The notes under the pieces were generated by a model. The model searched no databases. It saw only the letters and a list, made by a program, of their open reading frames with translations, and was not told where the DNA came from. A DNA stretch of 64,000 bases, from positions 15,934,001-15,998,000 of the forward strand of contig OX597838.1 of the NCBI GenBank assembly GCA_951406725.2. Reading direction: 5' to 3'. Shown piece by piece: positions 52,268 through 64,000 of the stretch (positions are counted from its first letter, which is position 1; every line of letters starts with the position of its first letter). This DNA is from Octopus vulgaris. Its lineage: Eukaryota. The translations under genes and the position numbers were made by a program.

Positions 52268-52682
52268 AGGCGCAGGAGTGGCTGTGTGGTAAGTAGCTTG
52301 CTAACCAACCACATGGTTCCGGGTTCAGTCCCACTGCGTGGCATCTTGGGCAAGTGTCTTCTGCTATAGCCCCGGGCCGACCAATGCCTTGTGAGTGGAT
52401 TTGGTAGACGGAAACTGAAAGAAGCCCGTCGTATATATGTGTATATATATATATATATATGTGTGTATTTGTGTGTCTGTATTTGTCCCCCTAGCATTGC
52501 TTGACAACCGATGCTGGTGTGTTTACGTCCCCGTCACTTAGCGGTTCGGCAAAAAGAGACCGATAGAATAAGTACTGGGCTTACAAAGAATATGTCCCGG
52601 GGTCGATTTGCTCGACTAAAAAAAGGCGGTGCTCGCTCCAGCATGGCCGCAGTCAAATGACTGAAACAAGTAAAGGAGTAAA
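52268..52682 (+). mobile_element. SINE family A
   Basis: Full consensus. Confidence 0.92.
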
Positions 52683-53929
52683 ATAGATATAGCAGTAACA
52701 ACGCTCAAAATATGAAGGTTGAAGAGTTACATAGACACACATGCAATCACGGAGATGATTTATGACGGTTGAAATTAACTCCAACTTGAACTCGAAACAA
52801 TTTTGTGGACTCGTTGCACTTGGTTACATTAGCAAATGTCATTGTAATAATACCCGAATCAAAAACACACACAAAAAAAAAGGAACAAAAACTGAACTAA
52901 AAATGTGGATTTTTTTTTTCATTTTTTATTCTAAGCTGATGTTTCTTAGTGTGGGTAAAATAGAAATGATAACGAGAAGAGAAAAAAAAATGTTTAAAGC
53001 ACCACTTAACATTGGCAAGACAATGAAAATGTCTTGCCAAAGACGTTTGTAATTTTTCTTTTATAATTCCTTAATATTCGACAAATAATTCTTGTTTTTA
53101 TATTTTATGCTATTTTCGTTAGAATTGCAACGAAAGGGAATCGTGAGAAAAATTTATTTAGTTGAAGAAACTGAAACTACTAAAAAGGAAAGCAAAGAAA
53201 ATTAATTAAAAAAGCAAAGCAATAAGGTTATACATCTTTTTTCTTTAAAAAAAACCCCTTTATTTCATGCGGCTTTCTATGTAGGCCGACTCGACTCCCT
53301 CGCCTCCCATTCTACAGCTTTTCTGATTCCTTTACCTTCTCTCTTTCCTCACCTTCCAAACTCCGTCCACATAATCTTAGCCTAGTCTTTAATTCTTGAA
53401 AATCATGTAAATTTTGCTCGCCTAATGTTTTTCCATAATGAAACTGACATCCAAAAGCATCCAATTATGGTATAGAACGGACCATTTTAGTCATATAACA
53501 ACTTACAAAAACTGCTACGTTCATTTTTCCATTGATATCATTACGTGTCAATATTTTCGTCGTACCGCTGCGACCTGATCACTGACACACTTCCACTGCA
53601 GTCGATTTTTGTCAGAAACCAGTTTGCAACTATTGTGCGATTTCAGATGGCTAAAGGAGCTCCTCCAACTATAATGGTTCTAGCCCATGGCCTCAGTTCA
53701 AGCCACTTGCTAGACAAATATAACTCAAACCTACAGAAGTTCAAACTGAAGATTATCAACCTCGTTAATCTCATTACTGTGACAAGAAGACCTGCACCAG
53801 TCATAGGTACTTCCTCTCCTTCTCACACAGTCAAATGAGCGCTGTTTTTGTTTGTTCCTTTTATTCCATGCCTGTAGTATACTAGATAAAATTTAAGTTG
53901 ATAATTTAACATGGTATTCAATAAATATA

Positions 53930-54522
53930 ATATCCTTTCTATTGGAAGCAAAAGGCCTCAAATTTAGGAGATGGAAATTAAGTCGATTACATTGATGCCA
54001 GTGTTTCACTGGTACTTAATGTATCGACCCCAAAAGGATGACAAGCAAAGTCGACCGCGGCGGAATTTGAACTCATAACATAGCGGCAGACGAAATACCT
54101 ATTTCTTTACTACCCACAAGGGGCTAAACACAGAGAGGACAAACAAGGACAGACAAACGGATTAAGACGATTACATCGACCCCTGTGCGTAACTGGTACT
54201 TATTTAATCGACCCGGAAAGGATGAAAGGCAAAGTTGACCTCGGCGGAATTTGAACTCAGAACGTAGCAGCAGACGAAATACCTATTTCTATTTCTTTAT
54301 TACCCACAAGGGGCTAAACACAGAGGGGACAAACAAGGACAGACAAACGGATTAAGACGATTACATCGACCCCAGTGCGTTACTGGTGCTTATTTAATCG
54401 ACCCGGAAAGGATGAAAGGCAAAGTCGACCTCGGCGAAATTTGAACTCAGAACGTAGCGGCAGACGAAATACCGCTGAGCATTTCGCCCGGCGTGCTAAC
54501 GATTCTGCCAACTCACGCTTTA
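53930..54522 (-). mobile_element. SINE family B trimer
   Basis: CGAAATACC recurs at 54091, 54275 and 54465 (periods 184 and 190); only one head. Confidence 0.9.
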
Positions 54523-54571
54523 TTCAATAAACATATCAACAGTGAGAGAAGGTGGTGAACTGACAAAATTG

Positions 54572-54830
54572 GGATCTGTTCCATCTCATTCACAGATTTT
54601 TTAATAAATTTTTTTTTTAGCTAAACACTTTGAAACTTCGGATACTGGTAGAATATGTCACGTAGAACAGGGTTTACTCTTAACGTTTTTGACAAAATTC
54701 TGTATTTTAGAAGTTATTTCGTGTTAAAGTCATCGTATTTGGATAATTTTAACCAATCAATGACGTGTATTCAGCTGAAGAAAATTATTGCTGCTGTTTG
54801 CGAACAACGTCTTCCGGGTCCATTGACAAA
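54572..54830 (+). mobile_element. Diverged relative of the 13543-13902 MITE arm
   Basis: Starts GGATCT; shares CTAAACACTTT(G/A)AAACTTCG.ATACTGGTAGAAT and AATTTTAACCAATC. Confidence 0.6.
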
Positions 54831-54951
54831 ACTATGAATGTTCGACAATAGAAAAATTTAAACAGAAAATCTCCCCTTACAAAACCCTTCTTTAATAACC
54901 ATAGATGTTTTTATACCAACATATATGAGAATGTGTCCATCTATCTATCTA

Positions 54952-55015
<64 letters not shown>

Positions 55016-55408
55016 CATCTATCTATATCTCTATATCTCTATCTATATACATATATATATATGAACACACACACACACGCACACACACTCACATACTCAC
55101 ACACACACACATTAATAATAGGCAGTGACAATGGCCAAATTCGTGTTTGATAAGTACTTCCTCCGGTGCTGCTTGCCAAATTCTCTGCTAACAAATCAGC
55201 CTCAACCATCTTTTCACCTGACGTCCAAGTACACTCAAAGCCTGAATCCAGTTTGTAACAGAGAGCCCTACAAAGCCCTTGCACCCGATTCCCACCTTCC
55301 ACAGCTCTTCCTCACTTCCATTTTATTTGCATTCTTCTACTAACTCTGCATACGTTCCCTCCTTTCTACATGTCTACTAGTTTCTCTCTACCCATATTTC
55401 TCTCTCTC

Positions 55409-55440
<32 letters not shown>

Positions 55441-55649
55441 CTCATCATCCTCATTTTCTCCATCGTAACGACACGATGTAACGTGCTTGACACAACAACC
55501 GGATCAAGTCTTAAGGTCATTACACGCTTTGGACCAAGATAGAAAAACAAATGGCGCAATCAAGAAAGAATTGCAAGCGCATTGTGAGCAGCAATGTATA
55601 ACAACATCTGATAGCCCGATCGATACAGTGACATATATATAATCACTTA

Positions 55650-55850
55650 TGCTTTGCAACCCTCTCCCTTAAAGTTAAATCCATTTGTAAGCTTTTCTTT
55701 AAAGTTTTAAACTCCAATTTTCCACCACACCATAAATATTACCGTATCTTTAACAAATCTTTTATTAAAGTCTCCTACTCCACCATGCCTAATTTAAGCT
55801 CCATAATTGGCTCCTCTAATAGACGCAAACTTCACCACCTCACGGTAGAC
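55650..55850 (+). pseudogene. Penelope-like element RT C-terminal/linker fragment
   Basis: Open frame [45 protein letters not shown] matches the PLE motif FP..H....IFN....KVSYS.MPN...II. Confidence 0.75.
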
Positions 55851-56111
55851 CCTACGAACTATTCCACTGAACCCCACCCCAACGTACATGGTAGCAATAA
55901 TGCAACCCTTAGAAACCGTACCCGATTCAATAATCCTTTCTACTATAGGAAAATTGACTTTCATTTTGTTCTTGAATTTGCCTATATATATGTATATATA
56001 TATGCATATATATATATATATGCATATGCAAATTATATATATATATATATGTGTATGTGTGTGTGTGTGTGTGTTTGTGTGTATGTATGTGAGTGTATGT
56101 GTAACATATTT

Positions 56112-56156
<45 letters not shown>

Positions 56157-56220
56157 TACATTCACGCACACATACCTACATACATACATAATATATATGT
56201 ATATATTTATGTGTGTGTGC

Positions 56221-56267
<47 letters not shown>

Positions 56268-56742
56268 CATACATACATATACAGAGGAGTAAATACGGAC
56301 GTTTTACTAAAAGCAAAATACAAATCAAAACTCGACACAGATGTACAACAAATGTGAAATAAATCATGAGATCTGACAGGATTTAGCAGCTGAGTAATTT
56401 CAAAACCGGTGTTGATGACTTTATCAGTTATAACAGCATCAACATGATCCTTTGAGACCTACAGCAAAGCGCACGAGCTGTCCGCCATTATTTCTATAAT
56501 TTCAATCAGATGAAGTCAAGAATAGTTTAAACTGTTAATGGACAAATGGATTTGAGAACGGTTTTATTGCAAACTAAACATACAGAACTAATAGAGAAAT
56601 AAGAAAACTCATGAATTAAACAGTTTAAACCTTGTTGTCGCGTATTTGATATATTATTACAAAATAATGTTGTTCTCTATCACACTTGCACTACATATAT
56701 ATTTATATATTTCATTTATAATTTACGACTATATTTACGTAG

Positions 56743-56779
<37 letters not shown>

Positions 56780-56788
56780 TATATATAA

Positions 56789-56836
<48 letters not shown>

Positions 56837-57251
56837 TATATATATCATTTTTAAAACAGTTTGATCCGCTTCTGTGCTACTTAAAGTTTCGCATACACAT
56901 ATACCTACATAATGCATATGTATACATATATAAGCACACAGAGGCACACACACACATACACTCACACATATGCTTAAAATATATAGTAACGTGATGGGTG
57001 ATTTGAACTCACGACGCAAAACAGTGCACATGAATAATAAACAATAAACTGTGTTGCAACACTATTCCTGACCCTAAATGCTACCCTATCAGTTTCAGCC
57101 AGAAATACAATACATCCTAAATAAACAATCCAATAAGAAACCATACAAAATTTCATTCTTTTGGGAGAGGAAAAACAGAAATTTGAGTACAAAATGGCTG
57201 ACAGTTGAAAATGGAAGAGCAAAACAAATTTTATTTATTTCCTAGGTTAGA

Positions 57252-57286
<35 letters not shown>

Positions 57287-57502
57287 GTGTGTACGTGCGT
57301 GTGTGTGTGTGTGGTGTAGATTTTCAAATTTCGTTGAATAAAAGAAAAAAGTTCGCTAAGTTACGTATACGTTTGTATGCATGTATGTTTATATTACGTA
57401 TATGCGTGTGTTTAGGAGTGTATGTATGTATACACACACACACACATATATATGTGTGTGTGTGTATATATATATACATATATGCATATACATGTTTGTG
57501 GG

Positions 57503-57568
<66 letters not shown>

Positions 57569-57597
57569 TGCATATACATGTTTGTGGGTATATATAA

Positions 57598-57669
<72 letters not shown>

Positions 57670-58251
57670 GCGTGTGTGTGAATGGTTAGCTGACTGGACG
57701 GCTAACAGTGGCTGGCTGGCTGGGTGAACTGAAAACATGTTGATCAATATATAGATAACTATGTCTTCATATAGGTCTATAGAGATCGATATATTGTCAT
57801 ATCGATGTAGAGACAGCCAACTATATAAATATTTATTTAAAAGGAAACGAAATCATGCAAACATACACTAACATTATACATACAAATATACACGCGGGTA
57901 TGCATGTATACACAAATATATACACGCACGTGTGTTTGTGTCTGTGTAAGCGTGTGGATGCTTGTGCGTGCGTGTATGTTTGTGTGCATGTATGCCGATG
58001 TGCGTGTGCATGTATGCGGATGTGTGTGTATATGTGTGTGTATGCATGTGTGCATGTGTGCTTGTGCGTGTGAGCGTGTGTGTGTATGCATGTGTGCTTG
58101 TGCGTGTGAACGAGTGTGTCTTATTGTGTGTTTGTGTGTGTGTGTGTGTGTGTGTTTATATCATCTGGTGAATAGTTTCTTCGGTCGGTTAAAACTGAAA
58201 CAACAAAACGTAAACATACACACACACACACATACATACACGCACACACAT

Positions 58252-58287
<36 letters not shown>

Positions 58288-58392
58288 ATTCAACATAACC
58301 TAAACAGAAATTCGTTAACAAACACACAGAAAACCACTAAACACGCCACCATCCCCAACATGACGACATTAAACCAACCCCCAAAACACACA

Positions 58393-58433
<41 letters not shown>

Positions 58434-58613
58434 CCACAACACACACACACACACACACAATACCACGCACGCACACACTCACGCGCATATGCACACATGC
58501 ATATGCGCTCGCACGCGCGCACTCACTCACTCACACATAAATAAACAAAGAAAACAATAAGTAGATGACCTGGAAAACCAAAGTATTTAATTGGTTCAAA
58601 TTGTACGTACGTA

Positions 58614-58614
<1 letters not shown>

Positions 58615-58645
<31 letters not shown>

Positions 58646-58659
58646 CGATGATGATGACG

Positions 58660-58690
<31 letters not shown>

Positions 58691-58746
58691 TGGTGATGAC
58701 GATGATGATGATGACGACGGCGACGACGATGAAGATGATGATGATG

Positions 58747-58809
<63 letters not shown>

Positions 58810-58818
58810 GTAATAATG

Positions 58819-58885
<67 letters not shown>

Positions 58886-58926
58886 TAATGATAATAATAA
58901 TAATAATAATAATAATAGTAATAATG

Positions 58927-58974
<48 letters not shown>

Positions 58975-59016
58975 GTAATAATGATAATAATAATAATGAT
59001 AATGATAATAATGATA
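58615..59016. repeat. (GAT)n/(AAT)n compound microsatellite
   Basis: Direct inspection. Confidence 0.95.
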
Positions 59017-59491
59017 ACGAGAATCCTAGTTGTAAGTAACCATAAAAATTGTTCAGCGATGTGAAAAACGCTTATTTTTTTTTTATTATTTACGTTTTTT
59101 TTTTCATCTGACCAATTGTTGTTGCCTTGTTTTTCACAGCCGCCATTTTTAATTGTGATCTTCTGCACTTCCTTTTCGTCGATTCTTTTGCAATTTATTC
59201 GAAACTATGTCGGTGCAAATCAATCCAATCCACGCCGTTCCACGTCCGCGTTCTCGACTATGTACCCCCCAACACACACAAACACTCACTCTCTCTTTCT
59301 CTCTCGTTTACCCCTTTCTCTCCCTTGCGCACGCGTTTCACGTGTATTTCCCATTATTTCTGCCAAAATATGTTGCTTGTTAGAATCTGCTGAGTTAACC
59401 AAATTATAAAAATTTTATCAATTAATTATTTTGTCGACAATTGAACTAAAGTGATGAGAACTCTTTCTATCCATCTCTCCCCGTCTCCCAC

Positions 59492-59555
<64 letters not shown>

Positions 59556-59668
59556 TATATGTATAAATATAGATATATACACATATATAAATATAAATAT
59601 ATATACATATATAATTAAAATACACATTAGTTTGCAATATTTTAGCAAAAAGGAAAGCTATAATTGCC

Positions 59669-59728
<60 letters not shown>

Positions 59729-59819
59729 CATACAATATTATATACATAATATAATAAATATAATATGATATATATGTTATTTTACATATTTATATATATA
59801 TATGTATTTATATATATAT

Positions 59820-59877
<58 letters not shown>

Positions 59878-59936
59878 TACAATATTATACACATATTATA
59901 TGTACATTATAATACACACACACATATATATATTTA

Positions 59937-59989
<53 letters not shown>

Positions 59990-61475
59990 GTGTGTGTGTG
60001 TGCATGTATATGTTTATGTATTGAGAGATAGGTAAACCAGTTCAGTAGTTTTGGACAAAATTATTTGATAATCAATAAATTTGGTCAACTCAGCAGATTC
60101 TAGCAACATAACATCAAGAATAAAAGAATATTTATGCATAAACACATAGACAAGTGCACACACAAACACACGCAAAAGACATTTTTACGCTAAATATATC
60201 CGCACGAATATATATGGACGTACATTATACTTAAACATACATAAATACATACATACATTCGTATATTACATATACATACAAGCATACATACACAAAAATA
60301 GTACACGTATTTATGTGCCATGCACCTAGAAAGAGCAATGGTTTAGAGCAAGAGTGAAAGCCAGCATGTGCGTCTGTGCACACAGAAGGGTAGGGGGGGG
60401 GAAGAAGTAATCGATCGATAAACACAGAAATACAGTATGTCGTGGTTGAAGAGTGCGAGTGTATGGATAGAGAATGTAGAGGGGGGAGAAGAAGAAGAAG
60501 AAGAAGAAGAAGAAGAAGAAGAAGAAGAAGAAGAAGAAGAAGGGAGGAGGAAGAAGAAGAAGAAGGTGAAGAAGAAGAAGAAGAAGAAGAAGAAGAAGAA
60601 GAAGGAGGAGGAGGAAGAAGAAGAAGGGAGGAGGAGGAGGAAGAAGAAGAAGAGGGTGAAGAAAAAGAAGAAAAAGAAGGTTTAGAAGAAGAAAAAAAAG
60701 AAGGTGAAGAAGAAGAAAAAGAAGGCGAAGAAGAAGAATAAGGTGAAGAAAAAGAAGGAGGAGGAGGAGGAGGAGGGGAGGTGGAGGAGGGGAGGAGGAG
60801 GCATAGAGGAGGAGGAGGAATAAACAGAAAGGGAAACATATATGCGTTTATACATAGTGATGGTACAGTTGCTTTTAGTTTTATGTGTGGTAGTGATGGT
60901 AATGATGATGGTGGTGGTGGCGGCGGCGGTAATGGTGGTGGTAGTGGTGGTGGCGGATGATGGTATCGATGGTCGTGTTAGTAGTGACGTTTTTACTGTT
61001 GTTGTTGTTGTTGGTGGTGGTGGTGGCGACTCGAGCTAAATAAGTGAATTCAGAACGCTTTTATGGATCCTCTGGTTGACCGACAAATGGTCCTGTTTAC
61101 TATATAGATCCAATGTAATGAACATAAAAATCACACACATGCGCACACGCACACAAACATACCCCCCCCCCACACATATATGTACGAATACACACCCATA
61201 CAAACTCACATACCCACCCAAAACACGCACATACATAAATACATACATATACACATCCATATAAACATATATAGTATATATATGTATATACATATATATA
61301 TATAATATATATATACTAAAGTGATGAGAAGTTACACATACCCTTATACACAGAAGTATGTATGTGTGTGTGCGATTGTATGTCTGTGTGTAGATATATA
61401 TATCTATCTATCTATATATATATATATATATATAGATAGATAGATATATATATATATATATATGCATACATATAT

Positions 61476-61506
<31 letters not shown>

Positions 61507-62084
61507 TATATATATTTATATAGATATACATATATATATATGTTTGTATATATGTATGTATATATGTATGTATGCATACGCACGCACACATACAAACAGT
61601 TCTTAAGATTCATACTGGATATGATGATTCTATAGACATTACATATATATACGTATATGTTCGAACATGTATGGATACATATACAGAGAGAAGGGAAAAG
61701 TGATAGAGAGATAGATAAAGAGAGAGAGAGAGAGAGAGAGGGAAAGATTTTTGTTGATGATTTTAGGTACACTTCAGTACTAATCCAGGAAAACTATAAT
61801 TAACTTCATTCCAGCTTTGCCCGTCCCAATCTTTCCCCAGGCTGCATTCAACTCGGATCATATTCAATGTGCTTGCGCGCGTGCGTGAACGCACGTGTGT
61901 GCATGTTTGTGTGTGTGAGTAGGATTATCTGTTTATGTTTATCTATCTATCTATCTTTCTATCTATCCACTTTTTTTTATCTATCTATCAATAGGTATTC
62001 CCAAGACACACACAAATAGCATCTTCAAATGTAAATTGTGATCTCTTCAGGGTCAACAGCTCTAAGATTCATGCTCGAATATCC

Positions 62085-62310
62085 GTTTCTTTATTACCCA
62101 CAAGGGGCTAAACATAGAGGGGACAAACAAGGATAGACAAAGGGATTAAGTCGATTACATCAACCCCAGTGCGTAACTGGTACTTAATTTATCGACCCGA
62201 AAGGATGAAAGGCAAAGTCGACCTCGGCGGAATTTGAACTCAGAACGTAGCGACGGGCGAAATACCGCGAAGCACTTCGCCCGGTGTGCTAACGTCTCTG
62301 CCAACTCGCC
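62085..62310 (-). mobile_element. SINE family B
   Basis: Reverse complement of the consensus. Confidence 0.92.
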
Positions 62311-62413
62311 GAGGAGCTTTTTTTTTTTTTTTTTTTTTGGTGCAGGATCACGAAATGTTGGGGTTATTGCTTCTCTGCGTAAAAATAGGCGTGGCGGTAT
62401 GGTAAGAAGCTGC

Positions 62414-62639
62414 AAGCTTGGCAGAAACGTTAGCACGCCGGGCGAAATGCTTTGTGGTATTTCGTCCGCCGCTGCGTTCTGAGTTCAAATTCCGCCGAGG
62501 TCGACTTTGCCTTTCATCCTTTCGGTGTCGATCAAATAAGTACCAGTTACGCACAGGGGTCGATATAATCGACTTAATCCGTTTGTCTGTCCTTGTTTGT
62601 CCCCTCTGTGTGTAGCCCCTTGTGGGCAGTAAAGAAATT
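62414..62639 (+). mobile_element. SINE family B nested in the head of an older SINE A (62386-62782)
   Basis: 18-bp TSD GGTATGGTAAGAAGCTGC at 62396-62413 and 62640-62657. Confidence 0.92.
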
Positions 62640-63305
62640 GGTATGGTAAGAAGCTGCTTCCCAACCACATGGTTCTGGGTTCTGTCCCACTGCATGACAC
62701 CTTGGGCAAGTGTCTTCTACTATAGCCTCGGGCGGACCAACTCCTTGTGATTTGGTAGCTGGAAACTGAAAGAAGCTCGTTGTCGAAAGGCATTGGAACT
62801 GCATTTTATCAAGAATTCTCACCAAAACTAAACGTTTGGAAGAAAAGCAAAGACAATGTGCATGAACACTCTTTCAAATGGAACAAATCATAAACACTAC
62901 ATAGTTAACTCACACAGGCCTATTTTACCCGGATAATACGACTGAGGAGAAATAATGCGAGTACTTGAATACTCCAGCTTGGTCCTCTCTAAACATATCA
63001 TTTTCAAATCAATCAACATCGTTGCAAATGTATGTTTTCATTGGACTTTGGACTCTTTAGATTTATTTCGTACTTTATAATTGTGCCTGAACTCTCTTGG
63101 GAATCACTTTTTCAATCCTCAAAATGTAATGCATATATTTACAAACATGTTAATATGAATATGATAAGAGAAGGAGTGGAAGATCGAGAGAGAGAGTGAG
63201 AGAGAGAGAGAGAGAGTGAGAGAATGAAAGACTTTCAAAATCAATGACCGAATCAAGAATGATATCTTGAATTGCAATTAAATTTCAACAAGTTGAAATT
63301 TAATA

Positions 63306-63733
63306 AGGCGCAGGAGTGGCTGTGTGGTGCAGGAGTGGCTGTGTGGTAAGTAGCTTGCTTACCAACCACATGGTTCCAAGTTCAGTCCCACTGCGTGGCA
63401 CCTTGGGCAAGTGTCTTCTACTACAGCCTCGGGCCGACCAAAGCCTTGTGAGTGGATTTGGTAGACGGAAACTGAAAGAAGCCCGTCGTATATAAATATG
63501 TATATATATATATGTATGTGTGTATACGTTTGTGTGTCTGTGTTTGTTCCCCCAACATCGCTTGAGAACCGATGCTGGTGTGTTTACGTCCCCATAATTT
63601 AGCGGTTCGGCAAAAGAGACCGATAGAATTACTAGGCTTCCAAAGAGTAAGTCCTGGAGTCGATTTGCTCGACTAAAAGGCGGTGCTTCAGTATGGCCGC
63701 AGTCAAATGACTGAAGCAAGTAAAAGAGTAAAG
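63306..63733 (+). mobile_element. SINE family A with duplicated A-box segment
   Basis: GCAGGAGTGGCTGTGTGGT occurs twice at the 5' end; the rest matches the consensus. Confidence 0.92.
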
Positions 63734-63769
63734 TGGATCACATCAATACAATATAATTGAAAAGAAGCT

Positions 63770-63814
<45 letters not shown>

Positions 63815-64000
63815 TTCCCTTTTATTTTTCTTCTTTTTCTTTTTTTCTTTCGTATCTTCCTTCCTAAAATTGATACCTTAAAAGGTCATTTAGCACCAGC
63901 CACCTGTTAGTCAACAGAATATCCGCTTTCTCTACTCTCTCCTCTTCTCTTTTCTCTTTCTCCTATTTAAAACAAAACAAAATGACATATACACACACAT

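Overview
AT-rich, microsatellite-saturated animal genomic DNA, intronic or intergenic. The SINE repertoire points to an Octopus genome (inference from recalled SINE sequences, not a database search). No intact host gene is recognisable, and nearly all ORF-track entries are translations of microsatellites or SINEs. Identifiable content: many copies of five tRNA-derived SINE types that swap heads, bodies and tails; decayed LINE pieces (R4/Dong with restriction-like endonuclease, L1/Tx1, RTE); a Penelope-like (PLE) RT fragment; mariner remnants; a 360-bp fold-back MITE with 8-bp TSD; and a non-autonomous Helitron. The most striking signal is a set of type I hammerhead ribozyme (HHR) motifs. One sits at the apex of a ~390-nt element (10909-11312) that folds into a viroid-like rod and looks like a linearised circular RNA (retrozyme-like). 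A second element (24233-24425) is an inverted repeat whose arms each encode an HHR, one per strand. Further PLE-type HHRs lie near 6.7 kb, 15.4 kb and 0.8 kb. All folds and alignments were done by eye, and most element boundaries are approximate.
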